Shown piece after piece: positions 28,673 through 38,220 of a DNA stretch of 64,000 nt. The position numbers and the translations under genes were made by a program. The stretch is taken from the NCBI GenBank assembly GCA_963761335.1, contig CAVXGR010000015.1:224001-288000 (forward strand). Direction: 5' to 3'. Every line of letters begins with the position of its first letter. The first letter of the stretch is position 1. The notes beneath the pieces were generated by a model that saw only the letters and a program-made list of their open reading frames with translations, searched no databases and had not been told where the DNA came from. This DNA comes from an uncultured delta proteobacterium. Lineage in GTDB: Bacteria > Desulfobacterota > Binatia > HRBIN30 > BPIQ01.

Positions 28673-29836
28673 TCAGGCGACGCCCGGGCTCCAGCCGGTC
28701 TCCAGGTCCCCCTTGCGCAGGCGTCCGGCGATGACGATCTGCTGCACCTCGCTGGAGCCGTCGTAGACGCGCACCACGCGGGCGTCGCGCCAGATGCGCT
28801 CGATCATGTACTCGCCGCGGATGTAGCCGTTGCCGCCGAAGATCTGCACGGCATCGTCCACCGTCTGCCAGAGGCTCTCGCCGGCCAGCAGCTTTGCCGT
28901 GGAAGATTCGCGGATGGCCGGCCGGCCGCGGTCGAGGAGCCAGGCGCTGCGATAGACCACCAGGCGCGCCGCCTCCGTGCGGACGCTCATCTGCGCCAGG
29001 CGAAAGGCGATCGTCTGATGCTCCGCCAGCGGCTTGCCGAAGGTCTGCCGATCCTGGGCGTACTCCAGGGCCAGCTCCATCGCCTTCTGGCTGGCGCCGA
29101 CGCAGCGTCCGCTCAGGGTGGTACGCCCCTCGGCGAGGCAGCGCTTGGCGTACTCGAATCCCTTTCCCTCCTCGCCGACGAGGGCCTCGGTGGGAATCCG
29201 GCAATCGTCGAGGACGATCTCCGAGATGCGTGAGCCCTGATGGCCGAGGGTGTCGAACACCTGTCCGATCTGCACGCCGGGACTGTCGGCGTCGACGATG
29301 AATGCGGAGATGCCGTTGTCGGTGCGCGCGAAGAGAAAGAAATGGTGCGCGTTGGGGGCGTTGGTGATGAAGGTCTTGCGACCGTTGAGCACATAGCCGT
29401 CGCCGCGGCGCTCGGCGCGGGTCTGCAGCGAGCCGGCGTCCGAGCCGGCGCCGGGCTCGGTGAGGGCGAAGGATCCGAGCCACTCGCCGGACGCCATCTT
29501 CGGCAGGTAGTGCTGCTTCTGCGCCTCACTGGCGAAGCGGATGATGCCGACGCAGCCGATGCCGGTGTGCACGCTGATGTAGCTCGCCAGGCCCCAGGGC
29601 CCGCGGCCCAGCATCTCGTGAACCAGCGTCTTCTGCACCACGTTGAGCCCGAGACCGCCGTACTCGTGCGGGATGCTGAGGCCGAAGAGCCCCAGGTCGC
29701 GCACTCCGTCCAGCAGGCGCGCCGGAAGCTCATCGGTCTTGTCGATCTCCTTCCAGCAGGTGTTCGCCTGCTCCTCGACGAACTCGCGCACCGAATCGCG
29801 CAGCATCAGATCTTCGTCTGAAAGGGAAAAGTCCAT
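28673..29836 (-). CDS. acyl-CoA dehydrogenase
   Basis: FALTEPGAGSD, NGRKTFITN, RQTFGKPL, QIFGGNGY, YDGSSEVQ. Confidence 0.95.
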   Translation of the reverse strand: MDFSLSDEDLMLRDSVREFVEEQANTCWKEIDKTDELPARLLDGVRDLGLFGLSIPHEYGGLGLNVVQKTLVHEMLGRGPWGLASYISVHTGIGCVGIIRFASEAQKQHYLPKMASGEWLGSFALTEPGAGSDAGSLQTRAERRGDGYVLNGRKTFITNAPNAHHFFLFARTDNGISAFIVDADSPGVQIGQVFDTLGHQGSRISEIVLDDCRIPTEALVGEEGKGFEYAKRCLAEGRTTLSGRCVGASQKAMELALEYAQDRQTFGKPLAEHQTIAFRLAQMSVRTEAARLVVYRSAWLLDRGRPAIRESSTAKLLAGESLWQTVDDAVQIFGGNGYIRGEYMIERIWRDARVVRVYDGSSEVQQIVIAGRLRKGDLETGWSPGVA

Positions 29837-29905
29837 GGATGGCGCCTCCGCAGGTTGGACCAGACAAGTACACAAATGCGCGGCCGGCAGCAAAACGTTT
29901 TCGAT

Positions 29906-29975
29906 TGGGAGTGCGGCCATCTTGGCCGCCTCTGCTCTCTGACCGCCACTTGCGGCCGGGACCGTCGTGCTCCCA
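29906..29975. repeat. 70-bp family A element
   Basis: TGGGAGTGCGGCCATCTTGGCCGCCTCTGCT...GCGGCCGGGACCGTCGTGCTCCCA. Confidence 0.85.
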
Positions 29976-30060
29976 AGCGGCCGAGGTGACGGGGCGGCGC
30001 CAGTTATTGAGTACCTGCGGCAATTCGATATGAATCCGACACAGACCAAGGAGGACCATC

Positions 30061-30507
30061 ATGTGGAAGGAGTTCAAAGAGTTCGCCATGCGGGGCAACG
30101 CCCTCGACATGGCCGTGGGCATCATCATCGGCGCCGCCTTCGGCAAGGTGGTGTCGTCACTGGTGGCGGACGTGCTGATGCCGCCGATCGGCCTGCTGCT
30201 CGGCAAGGTCGACTTCTCCAACCTCTTCGTCAACCTTTCGGGCAAGCCGTACGTCTCGGTGGCCGAGGCGACGGCGGCGGGGGCGCCGACGCTCAACTAC
30301 GGCCTCTTCCTCAACACGATCATCAACTTTGTGATCGTCGCCTTCGCGGTCTTTCTGCTGGTGAAGCAGTTCAACCGCATGAAGCGCCAGCCCGGGGCGG
30401 TGCCGGCGGAGCCGACCACCAAGAACTGCCCCTACTGCGTGATGCCGATGGACATCAAGGCGACGCGCTGCCCGCACTGCACGGCGGAGCTAAAGCCGGC
30501 GGCCTGA
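30061..30507 (+). CDS. mscL: large-conductance mechanosensitive channel
   Basis: [33 protein letters not shown]-terminal CPYC..CPHC. Confidence 0.96.
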   Translation: MWKEFKEFAMRGNALDMAVGIIIGAAFGKVVSSLVADVLMPPIGLLLGKVDFSNLFVNLSGKPYVSVAEATAAGAPTLNYGLFLNTIINFVIVAFAVFLLVKQFNRMKRQPGAVPAEPTTKNCPYCVMPMDIKATRCPHCTAELKPAA

Positions 30508-30584
30508 GGGAATCGGGGACAGGCATCTTTTCGGCGACCAATGGCCGCCGTGAATCCGGGGGACTCTTCGCGCCGAAAAGAAGC

Positions 30585-31119
30585 CTGCTTCGAAAATCTG
30601 TTGGGTGTGCGCTTCGGGGGCGCGTTCCCTCTCCCCGCGGAAAGATGCGGGGAGAGGAGACCCGCCCCCGTGGCGCGGAAGTATCATCGCAAGCGTCTGA
30701 TCAGTGAATCAGGACGCCGTCCATTTTCATCGTCTGTTGGTGAGCCGCAGGCTCATGACGCACTGCTTCGAAAATCTGTTGGATGAAGGCTCTACCGGAG
30801 CCCCGACGCTGGGGTCGAGGGTGTCGCCCTGGAGGGGCGCAGGCGTAGAGGCCGCGTGAAACACGTCGATGAGGCTTCCCACGCGCCCAGCGCTGATCAT
30901 CGGCGCACACGCGCCAAGATCGAGGGAAATGTGGCCGCGCCCCTGGCGGGGCGCGTATGACGGATCGCGCATTTCTCCCCGGGTTTCACCCGGGGCTACA
31001 CGCCACCGCCCCTCCGGGGCGAACTTCGCCCCGGCGAGAACCTCCAAATCTCCTGCCGGGGCGGAGCCCCAGCCTCATTTTCATCGTCTTTGGCGAGCCG
31101 TGAGGCTCATGATGCACTG
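30585..31119. repeat. composite intergenic repeat cluster (families B and C plus two direct-repeat pairs)
   Basis: 20-bp DR at 30585/30763; ~44-bp DR at 30722/31076; family C hairpin at 30627; family B REP at ~30977-31022. Confidence 0.8.
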
Positions 31120-31129
31120 TCCCCTTCCC

Positions 31130-31969
31130 TCAGCGGCTCAGGAACACCGGGCAATGGCTGTTGCGCAGCACGTACTCGGTGGTGCTGCCGAGCACCATCT
31201 CGACGATGCGGCTGTGGCCGTAGGCGCCGATGAAGAGCAGGTCGTGCTGGCGATCGCCGATGAACTCGGCGATGTGCTCGGGCGCGTGGCCGGCCTCCTC
31301 GAGCTCGTCGGTCACCTCCAGGCTGTAGGAGTCGAGATAGCGGCGCGCCTCGTCGAGGGTCTTGCGGCCCTGAACGGCGTCCTTGTTGACGTGCAGCACG
31401 GTGAGCGGCAGGCGCAGCTGGGAGCAGAAGTCGGCGGCCGCCGCCAGGGCGGCCGAGGCCCGCTGGCTGCCGTCGTAGGCCAGCAGGGGCCGGGAGACCT
31501 CGCGGAACTCGGTGCTGCACACCCACACCGGCTTCGGGCTCTTGCGGGTGACGCTCTCGGCGCTGCCGCCGAGGAGTCCGGTGGAGAACTTCTCGTTGAT
31601 GCCGCGATGGCCGATGACCACCAGGTCGGCGGTGCGGGCGCGCTCGCAGATCTCGTTTGGCACGATGCCGATGCCGAGCACGGTCTCGTAGGGGACGTCG
31701 GCGGCGCCGGCCTCGTTGCGGAACTCCTCGAGCAGCGCCTCGCCGCGCTCCTGCAGCACCTCGCGCATCTTGGTGGAGAAGTCGAGGTAAGGCTCGAAGC
31801 CGAGCGAGCCGGAGATGTCGTGGAAGAAGGAGCCCTCGATGGAGACGATATCGACGACGTGGAGGCCGACGACGCGGGCCTCGAATCGCCGGCCGAGCCA
31901 CAGGGCGTAGCGCGTGGCGGTACGGGAATGCTCGGAGCCGTCGAGGCCCACCAGGATGGTCTTGATCAT
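31130..31969 (-). CDS. universal stress protein (tandem USP)
   Basis: ILVGLDGS, DLVVIG..G....LLGGSAE, AYDGS, GAYGHSR..LGSTTE. Confidence 0.93.
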   Translation of the reverse strand: MIKTILVGLDGSEHSRTATRYALWLGRRFEARVVGLHVVDIVSIEGSFFHDISGSLGFEPYLDFSTKMREVLQERGEALLEEFRNEAGAADVPYETVLGIGIVPNEICERARTADLVVIGHRGINEKFSTGLLGGSAESVTRKSPKPVWVCSTEFREVSRPLLAYDGSQRASAALAAAADFCSQLRLPLTVLHVNKDAVQGRKTLDEARRYLDSYSLEVTDELEEAGHAPEHIAEFIGDRQHDLLFIGAYGHSRIVEMVLGSTTEYVLRNSHCPVFLSR

Positions 31970-32039
31970 CCGGCGGCGAAGGTAGCACCTGCGCGCCGCG
32001 CTCAGCAAGCGCCTTTACATCGCCATCGGCGTCGATTAC

Positions 32040-32366
32040 ATGAGGTGGGTGGCCGAAAAGAATCAGACGAAGCGCGCCGAGCGCGAGCGCCAGCTGCTCG
32101 AGGAGCTCAAGGAGGCTGCGGCTCGCCTGGGCATCCGCGTGCGCGAGGAGCGCCTGCTGCGCGAGGTCGGCTACCGGGTGCGCAGCGGCGCCTGCCGGGT
32201 GCGCGACACCGACATGGTCCTGCTCGATCGCGGCGTACCGCTGAGCGTGCAGATCGACATTCTCGCCGACGTGCTCGCCGCCCGCTCGGTGGAGGAGGTC
32301 TACCTCTCGCCGGCGGCGCGGCAACTGATCGACGGGCGCGGAGGCCCGTCTGGCGCGGTCCAGTAA
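32040..32366 (+). CDS. hypothetical protein upstream of fur (start may be GTG 32049)
   Basis: LG..VR.E....SG.CRV....LLDR...VYLSPA.R pattern; GC3-rich frame. Confidence 0.7.
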   Translation: MRWVAEKNQTKRAERERQLLEELKEAAARLGIRVREERLLREVGYRVRSGACRVRDTDMVLLDRGVPLSVQIDILADVLAARSVEEVYLSPAARQLIDGRGGPSGAVQ

Positions 32367-32826
32367 AGGTGGCATCGACCGCTTTGCGGTCTTTCGGGAT
32401 CGGCTGAAGAAGCAGGGCTTCAAGTCGACTTCCCAGCGCGACGACATCGCCCGCGTGTTCTTCGAGGCCAATCGCCACATCAGCATCGAAGAGCTCTTCC
32501 GCGAGGTGAAGCGCGTCAATCCGCGCATCGGCTATGCCACCGTCTACCGCACCATGAAGCTGCTGCGCGAGAGCGGCCTGGCCTCGGAGTCGCACTTCCA
32601 CGACGGCGAGGCGCGCTACGAGAGCACCCTCGGCGCCCCGCATCACGATCACCTCATCTGCGAGGCCTGCGGCCACATCGAGGAGTTCGAGGAAAGTCGA
32701 ATCGAGGCCCTGCAGGCGGAGGTCGCGCGGCGGCTCGGGTTTCGCATCACCGGGCACAAGATGGAGCTCTACGGCCTCTGCCGCGCCTGCCAGAAGGGAC
32801 AGCGCCGCCCCCCCGCCCGCGGCTGA
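32350..32826 (+). CDS. fur: Fur family transcriptional regulator (probable CTG start)
   Basis: T.QR..I, IGYATVYRT.KLL, HHDHLICEACG, C..C; GGAGG 5 nt before CTG 32350. Confidence 0.9.
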   Translation: MARSSKGGIDRFAVFRDRLKKQGFKSTSQRDDIARVFFEANRHISIEELFREVKRVNPRIGYATVYRTMKLLRESGLASESHFHDGEARYESTLGAPHHDHLICEACGHIEEFEESRIEALQAEVARRLGFRITGHKMELYGLCRACQKGQRRPPARG

Positions 32827-32834
32827 GCCGACTT

Positions 32835-32860
32835 CTTTGCGTCTTCGCGCCTTTGCGTTT
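32835..32860. repeat. family D repeat
   Basis: CTTTGCGTCTTCGCGCCTTTGCGTTT. Confidence 0.6.
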
Positions 32861-32895
32861 CTGGTCGTTGACTTGTCGGCTCGCGGTGAGCTAAA

Positions 32896-32910
32896 TGAAA
32901 TTGAATCTCA
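32896..32910. promoter_or_regulatory. putative Fur box overlapping promoter of iron permease
   Basis: TGAAATTGAATCTCA, AT-rich imperfect 7-1-7 palindrome; TTGACT at 32868. Confidence 0.7.
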
Positions 32911-32955
32911 AAATCGCCCGAACAGAGACTCGACGACTTTCCGGGATCCCCGCCC

Positions 32956-35403
32956 ATGCGCTCTGCAATGCTCCTCCCCCGCCTCGCTCTCGCCGTGGCG
33001 CTGCTCGAGCTGGCTTTTGCCGGACCGATAAGGGCCGCCAGTCCGCCCGGTGTCGACGCCGAGGGCGTGCGGCGGGTGCTGACCCTGCTCGATGTGGTCG
33101 CCGAGGAGTACCGCGAGGGGATCGTCGCCGGACAGGTGGCGCGCCCGCTGGAGTACGAGGAGGCGAAGCTCTTTCTCGCCGACGCCCGCGACCGCGCCGG
33201 CCGGGCCGTCGGCGCAAGCGCCCCCCAGGATCTCGGCCCCCAGTTCGCTGCCCTGGCGCGCCTGGTCGAGGACAAGGCGCCTCTGGATGCGGTCCGCCAG
33301 GCCGGCGCGCGGCTGGCGCAACAGATCACCGAGGCCACCGGCGTTTCGGTGGAGGTCTATCCCCCCGAGCCGCCCTCGGCCGCCCGCGGCCAGGCGCTGT
33401 TCAGCGAGAACTGCGCGCCCTGTCACGGCGAGCACGCCAACGGCAAGGGGCCAGACGCCGCCGACCTGCAGCCGCCGCCGGCCAACTTCACCGACCCGAC
33501 CTTCATGCGCGCCGAGACGCCGTATGACTTCTTTCAGATCCTCAGCGTCGGCAAGGCGGGCACTGCCATGCCGGCCTGGGGAGATGTGTTCTCCCCCCAG
33601 GAGCGCTGGGACCTGGTGAGCTATCTGTGGTCGGTGCGCAGCGGCGCCGCGGATCTCGCCGAAGGGCAGGGGACCTATCTGTCCCGCTGCGCCAGCTGTC
33701 ACGGTGCCGCCGGGGACGCCAACGGCATTTTCAGCGCTGCCCTGTTGCGGCCGGCGCCCGACCTGAGTCAGACGGCATCCCTGGCGCGCACCAGCGACAC
33801 CGACCTCTTCGCCGTCGTCTCCCACGGTGTCGCCGGCACGCCCATGCCGGCGTTCGAGCGCACCCTGGACGAGACGCAGCGGTGGAAGGCGGTGGCGTAC
33901 CTGCGCTCCCTGTCGCTGGGCGGTGCGGCGACCTCTGCGGTGGCCACGCCCGGCGGCGGCGAGCCCCGGCGACTGGCCGGGCTGCTGCGCCTTCTTGGCG
34001 ACGAGTACGCCAAGGCGGTTCCCGACGCCGGCGCCGTCGACGACCTCGAGTACCGCGAGACCTCGATCCTCCTCGAGCAGGTGCAGCGCCGCGCCCCCGC
34101 GGTCATCGACACTCTGCGGGCCCAGTCTGCGGACCAGGCCGCCGAGCTGCAGCGGCGCGTCGAGCAGATCGCCGCAGCCGTGCACCGGCGATCCGCTCCT
34201 GCCGCGGTGCAGTCCGAGGTGGCGGCGTCGACGGCGATCCTGCAGGCACACGTCACCCCCGCCGAGACCGAGCCGGCCACCGCTGAAGGCGATGCGCTCG
34301 CCGGTACCCGCCGCCTGCTCGACGACGCCCTTGCCGCTTATCGCCGTAGCGATGCGCGGGCCCGCGATCTGGTCGCCGATGCGTATTTCAAGTTCGAGCC
34401 CCTGGAAAAGAGGGTGTCGCTCAGCGCCCCCGATCTCACCCGGCGGGTGGAGAGTCTCTTCCTCGACCTGCGCGGCGCCGTGGCGCAGCCCGGCAACGGC
34501 GAGCACGCCGCTTCTCTGGTCGGCCAGATCGGCGCCGGGCTGGACGAGGTCGGTGCGGCTCTCGAGCCGACCGCCGAGCCCTGGGCGCTGTTCGCGCAGT
34601 CGGCGACCATCATCCTGCGCGAGGGCTTCGAAATGGTCCTCATCGTCGGCGCGCTGATCGCCTTCGTCACCAAGTCGGGCCAGCAGGGGATGCGCCGCTC
34701 GATTCTCTGGGGCACGGCCGTCGGCGTGGTCCTGAGCCTGCTCACCGCCTGGGTGCTGACCGAGCTGCTGCGCGGCGCCAGCGGCGCGGCGGCAGAGGCC
34801 ATCGGCGGCGTGAGCATGCTCACCGCTTCCCTGGTGCTGTTCTCGGTCAGCTACTGGCTCATCTCCAAAGCCGAGGCCGACAAGTGGCAGCGCTACATCC
34901 AGGGGAAGGTGAAGACGGCGCTGACCGCGGGCAGCAGCCTGGCTCTGGCCGGCACCGCCGCCCTGGCGGTCTACCGCGAGGGCGTGGAAACGGTGCTGTT
35001 CTACAACGCCCTGCTCGGCACCGCCGCCGGCCACGCCGGTGCCGTGGCCGGCGGCTTCGGGGTCGGCTGCCTCCTCCTCGCCGTCCTCTACGCCATCTTC
35101 TGGCGCTTCGGCATGCGTATCCCGATTCGCCAGTTCTTCCTCGCCACCAGCGTTCTCCTCTACTACCTGGCGGTCGTCTTTGCCGGCAAGGGAGTCGCCG
35201 AGCTGCAGGAGGCCGGCTGGGTTCCCCTGACCCTGATCGGCGGAGCGCCGCACATCGACTTCATCGGCCTCTACCCGACGCTGGAGACGCTGCTGGCGCA
35301 GGGGGTGCTGCTGGCGCTGCTTCTCTTGGCGATCGGCGTCACCATGCGCCGCCGCACCGCGACGCCCGCATCCGGGGAGACGCAGCTGAAGGCGGCCTCG
35401 TGA
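32956..35403 (+). CDS. di-heme cytochrome c / FTR1 iron permease fusion (PbrT-like)
   Basis: Signal peptide; CAPCH and CASCH; REGFE and REGVE motifs in C-terminal TM domain. Confidence 0.92.
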   Translation: MRSAMLLPRLALAVALLELAFAGPIRAASPPGVDAEGVRRVLTLLDVVAEEYREGIVAGQVARPLEYEEAKLFLADARDRAGRAVGASAPQDLGPQFAALARLVEDKAPLDAVRQAGARLAQQITEATGVSVEVYPPEPPSAARGQALFSENCAPCHGEHANGKGPDAADLQPPPANFTDPTFMRAETPYDFFQILSVGKAGTAMPAWGDVFSPQERWDLVSYLWSVRSGAADLAEGQGTYLSRCASCHGAAGDANGIFSAALLRPAPDLSQTASLARTSDTDLFAVVSHGVAGTPMPAFERTLDETQRWKAVAYLRSLSLGGAATSAVATPGGGEPRRLAGLLRLLGDEYAKAVPDAGAVDDLEYRETSILLEQVQRRAPAVIDTLRAQSADQAAELQRRVEQIAAAVHRRSAPAAVQSEVAASTAILQAHVTPAETEPATAEGDALAGTRRLLDDALAAYRRSDARARDLVADAYFKFEPLEKRVSLSAPDLTRRVESLFLDLRGAVAQPGNGEHAASLVGQIGAGLDEVGAALEPTAEPWALFAQSATIILREGFEMVLIVGALIAFVTKSGQQGMRRSILWGTAVGVVLSLLTAWVLTELLRGASGAAAEAIGGVSMLTASLVLFSVSYWLISKAEADKWQRYIQGKVKTALTAGSSLALAGTAALAVYREGVETVLFYNALLGTAAGHAGAVAGGFGVGCLLLAVLYAIFWRFGMRIPIRQFFLATSVLLYYLAVVFAGKGVAELQEAGWVPLTLIGGAPHIDFIGLYPTLETLLAQGVLLALLLLAIGVTMRRRTATPASGETQLKAAS

Positions 35404-35423
35404 AAAAGAGGCGCAAAGCCACT

Positions 35424-35438
35424 TGATAATGACTTTCA
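35424..35438. promoter_or_regulatory. putative Fur box upstream of bfd
   Basis: TGATAATGACTTTCA, near-consensus 7-1-7. Confidence 0.8.
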
Positions 35439-35485
35439 AAATCGGATAAGAGTGAATCCGTTCGCGAGAGGGACGCCGAGAGACC

Positions 35486-35713
35486 ATGATCATCTGCCAG
35501 TGCACCGGGGTTACGGACCGCCAGATCGCCCGCATGATCGAGGAGGGAGCCACCACCGTCGGCGACATCGCGCGCCGCTGCGGAGCCGGACGCTGCTGCG
35601 CCCCGTGTCGCGTCGAGATCGCCGAGATGATTGCCGAGGCCAGCCCCCGCGCCCAGTCCTGCGGGCTGCCCACCGTCTCCGCGGCGCCGGCGCCGATCCC
35701 GGCGGCCCCCTGA
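35486..35713 (+). CDS. bfd: bacterioferritin-associated ferredoxin
   Basis: MIICQC.GVTD..I, CG..CC..C. Confidence 0.9.
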   Translation: MIICQCTGVTDRQIARMIEEGATTVGDIARRCGAGRCCAPCRVEIAEMIAEASPRAQSCGLPTVSAAPAPIPAAP

Positions 35714-35785
35714 GCCGCGCCGCCGCCCGCCGTCGTCTTCCCCCGCCGCCGGCCCTCTGTTACGAAGACACCAGGGAGTGATGAC

Positions 35786-36259
35786 ATGAAGGGCGACGAT
35801 CGCATCATCGAGGCGCTGAACGACATCCTCACCGGCGAGCTCACCGGCATCAATCAGTACTTCATCCACTCGCGCATGTGCCGCAACTGGGGCTATCGCC
35901 GTCTCGCCGAGGCCAACTACAAGGAGGCGGTCGGCGAGATGAAGCACGCCGACGAGCTCATCGAGCGCATTCTCTACCTCGACGGCGTTCCCAACATGCA
36001 GCGCCTCGGGAAGATCAAGGTGGGCGAGACCGTGGCCGAGCAACTGAAGCTCGATCTCGGCTTGGAGAGAGATGCCATCGCTCGCCTGAACAAGTCCATC
36101 GCCCTCGCCGTCGAGATCGGCGACAACGGCTCGCGCGAGCTGATGGAGGAGCTGCTGGTCTCCGAGGAGGAGCACGCCGACTGGCTCGAGGCGCAGCTCG
36201 AGCTGATCCGACAGGTGGGCGAGCAGAACTATCTCGCCCAGCAGATCCACGAGCCTTGA
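35786..36259 (+). CDS. bfr: bacterioferritin
   Basis: [32 protein letters not shown]. Confidence 0.97.
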   Translation: MKGDDRIIEALNDILTGELTGINQYFIHSRMCRNWGYRRLAEANYKEAVGEMKHADELIERILYLDGVPNMQRLGKIKVGETVAEQLKLDLGLERDAIARLNKSIALAVEIGDNGSRELMEELLVSEEEHADWLEAQLELIRQVGEQNYLAQQIHEP

Positions 36260-36282
36260 GCGCGGATCGGCGCGCCTCCCCC

Positions 36283-37374
36283 ATGTCGCCGTGGGCACAG
36301 CGCGGCTGCGGCCGAACGAGCCTTCGGGCATGCTGTCTTCTGGTGCTGTTGGTTGCCGCCGGCCGGCCGCGGCCGACGTTCGCGGCTGAGCCCAGCCCCG
36401 AGCCGAGCATGGTCGAAACCGTAGACTACCACGGCTGGAAGAACACCTATCGGCTCAGCAACGGCCTCGTGCAGCTCTATGCGGTCGCCGACATCGGCCC
36501 TCGCATCGCCGACTTCCGGACTTCGGAAGGCGACAATGCCTTCTACCTGCGGCCGAACGAGCTCGGCCGCGCCGGGGAGAAGGATTGGGTCTTCCGCGGC
36601 GGCTGGCGGCTGTGGGTTTCGCCGGAGGTGCGCGACATCACCTATGTGCCCGACAACCAGCCCTGCACCGCCGAGGTCGACGGCGACACCTTGCGCCTGA
36701 CCGGCGTCCCCGAGAAGGCCTCGGGCGTACGCAAGTCGGTGGAGATTCGCCTGGTTCCGGGCGAGCCGCGCGCCCGCATCGTCTCCCGCCTCCGCAACGT
36801 CGGCTCCAAGCCGGTGCGCTATGCCGCCTGGAGCCTCTCGGTGATGCAGCCGGGCGGTCGGGCGCTGCTGCCGATCGATCCGGGAGACCGGAGCGCCTTC
36901 GCCGACATCCGCACGCTGGTGCTGTGGAGCTACGCGAGGTGGAGCGATCCGCGCTACGCCTTCGGCGATCGCCTTCTCCAGGTCGATCAGTCTCGGGTGC
37001 CGCCGACGGCGCAGTCGCCGGCGGCGGGGCGGCGGCCGGACGAGAGCAAGATCGGCAGCGACTCGTCGCTGGGCTGGTCGGCGTACCTGAACGGCGGCAC
37101 CTTGTACGTGAAGCGCTTCCCCATCCGCAAAGGAGCCGACTACCCCGACGGCGGCAGCACCGTGGAGGTGTACTCGAGCGGCGAGTTCCTCGAGCTCGAG
37201 AACCTCAGCCCGTTGATCACGCTGCAGCCCGGCGAGGAGCTGGTCTATCCTGAGGAGTGGGCCCTGTTCTCGGATGTCTCCATTCCCACCGACCCCGAGA
37301 AGGCCCGGGCGGCGCTGGCGCCGTACGTCGGCGGTGCGCCGCTGTCGGTTTCCACGCCCGGGCGTTCGCCTTGA
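36283..37374 (+). CDS. secreted hypothetical protein (DUF4380-like, galactose mutarotase-like fold)
   Basis: GW.N.Y.L.NG, GPRI, GG.RLW..PE, YPDGG...EVY, LELE.LSP. Confidence 0.7.
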   Translation: MSPWAQRGCGRTSLRACCLLVLLVAAGRPRPTFAAEPSPEPSMVETVDYHGWKNTYRLSNGLVQLYAVADIGPRIADFRTSEGDNAFYLRPNELGRAGEKDWVFRGGWRLWVSPEVRDITYVPDNQPCTAEVDGDTLRLTGVPEKASGVRKSVEIRLVPGEPRARIVSRLRNVGSKPVRYAAWSLSVMQPGGRALLPIDPGDRSAFADIRTLVLWSYARWSDPRYAFGDRLLQVDQSRVPPTAQSPAAGRRPDESKIGSDSSLGWSAYLNGGTLYVKRFPIRKGADYPDGGSTVEVYSSGEFLELENLSPLITLQPGEELVYPEEWALFSDVSIPTDPEKARAALAPYVGGAPLSVSTPGRSP

Positions 37375-37451
37375 CGCGGCCTCAGAAGAACGTCAGCTCG
37401 CTCGACGGATCGCCGTAGACACGGCGCACTCCGCAACGGATACTGAGCGCC

Positions 37452-38147
37452 ATGAAGCCATCCGTGGTCGCGACTGCTCTCTGCCTTTCTGCCCTCACCG
37501 CTCTCCTCGCGGCCGGGCCGGTCCCGGCGGCGACGCCTGAAATTCAGACGCGGGAGTCCCAGGCGGCGATGACACCGGCGGCGGCGCTCGAACGGTTGAA
37601 GGAAGGCAACCTCCGCTTCGCCTCGAACGCCGCGAGGCGGCGCAACTGGTCGGCGAAGGTGTTGGCCACGTCGTCAGGGCAGTTCCCGTTCGCGGCGGTC
37701 CTCGGGTGCATGGACTCCCGCGTTCCCGCCGAGATCGTCTTCGACCAGGGGATCGGCGACCTGTTCGCTGTGCGGGTGGCGGGAAACGTCGTGGACGGCG
37801 ACGTGCTCGGCAGTCTCGAATACGCGGTCAAGGTGGGCGCCAAGCTCATCGTCGTGCTCGGACACAACGATTGCGGCGCCGTCAAAGGCGCGATGGACGG
37901 CGTCGAGCTGGGCAGCCTCACCGGCGTTCTGGCGAAGATCCATCCCGCCGTCGCCGCCGCGGGCTGCAGCGATGCAAAGGATGCCGCCTGTGTCGCCGCG
38001 GTCGGCGAGAAGAACGTCCTCCAGTCGATGAAGGAGATTCGCGAGAGAAGCCCGTTTCTGAAAAAGTACCTCGACGAGGGAAAGGTGGCGCTGGTGGGGG
38101 GAATCTACGACGTGGCGACGGGCAAGGTGACGTTCCTCGGAGACTGA
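37452..38147 (+). CDS. beta-class carbonic anhydrase with signal peptide
   Basis: CMDSR, RVAGN, GSLEYA, HNDCGA. Confidence 0.93.
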   Translation: MKPSVVATALCLSALTALLAAGPVPAATPEIQTRESQAAMTPAAALERLKEGNLRFASNAARRRNWSAKVLATSSGQFPFAAVLGCMDSRVPAEIVFDQGIGDLFAVRVAGNVVDGDVLGSLEYAVKVGAKLIVVLGHNDCGAVKGAMDGVELGSLTGVLAKIHPAVAAAGCSDAKDAACVAAVGEKNVLQSMKEIRERSPFLKKYLDEGKVALVGGIYDVATGKVTFLGD

Positions 38148-38220
38148 GCGTCTCTCCGGCGCCACGGGCGCCGATCAGCGGCCGTCGCGTTTTCCGCGCC
38201 ACGGGGATAGAGCCGAGAGC

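Noticed and set aside
30490..31110. Short ORFs between mscL and usp
   Set aside because: Region is made of repeats; translations lack protein-like features
32908..35853. 981-aa minus-strand ORF
   Set aside because: Shadow of the FTR1 fusion and bfd
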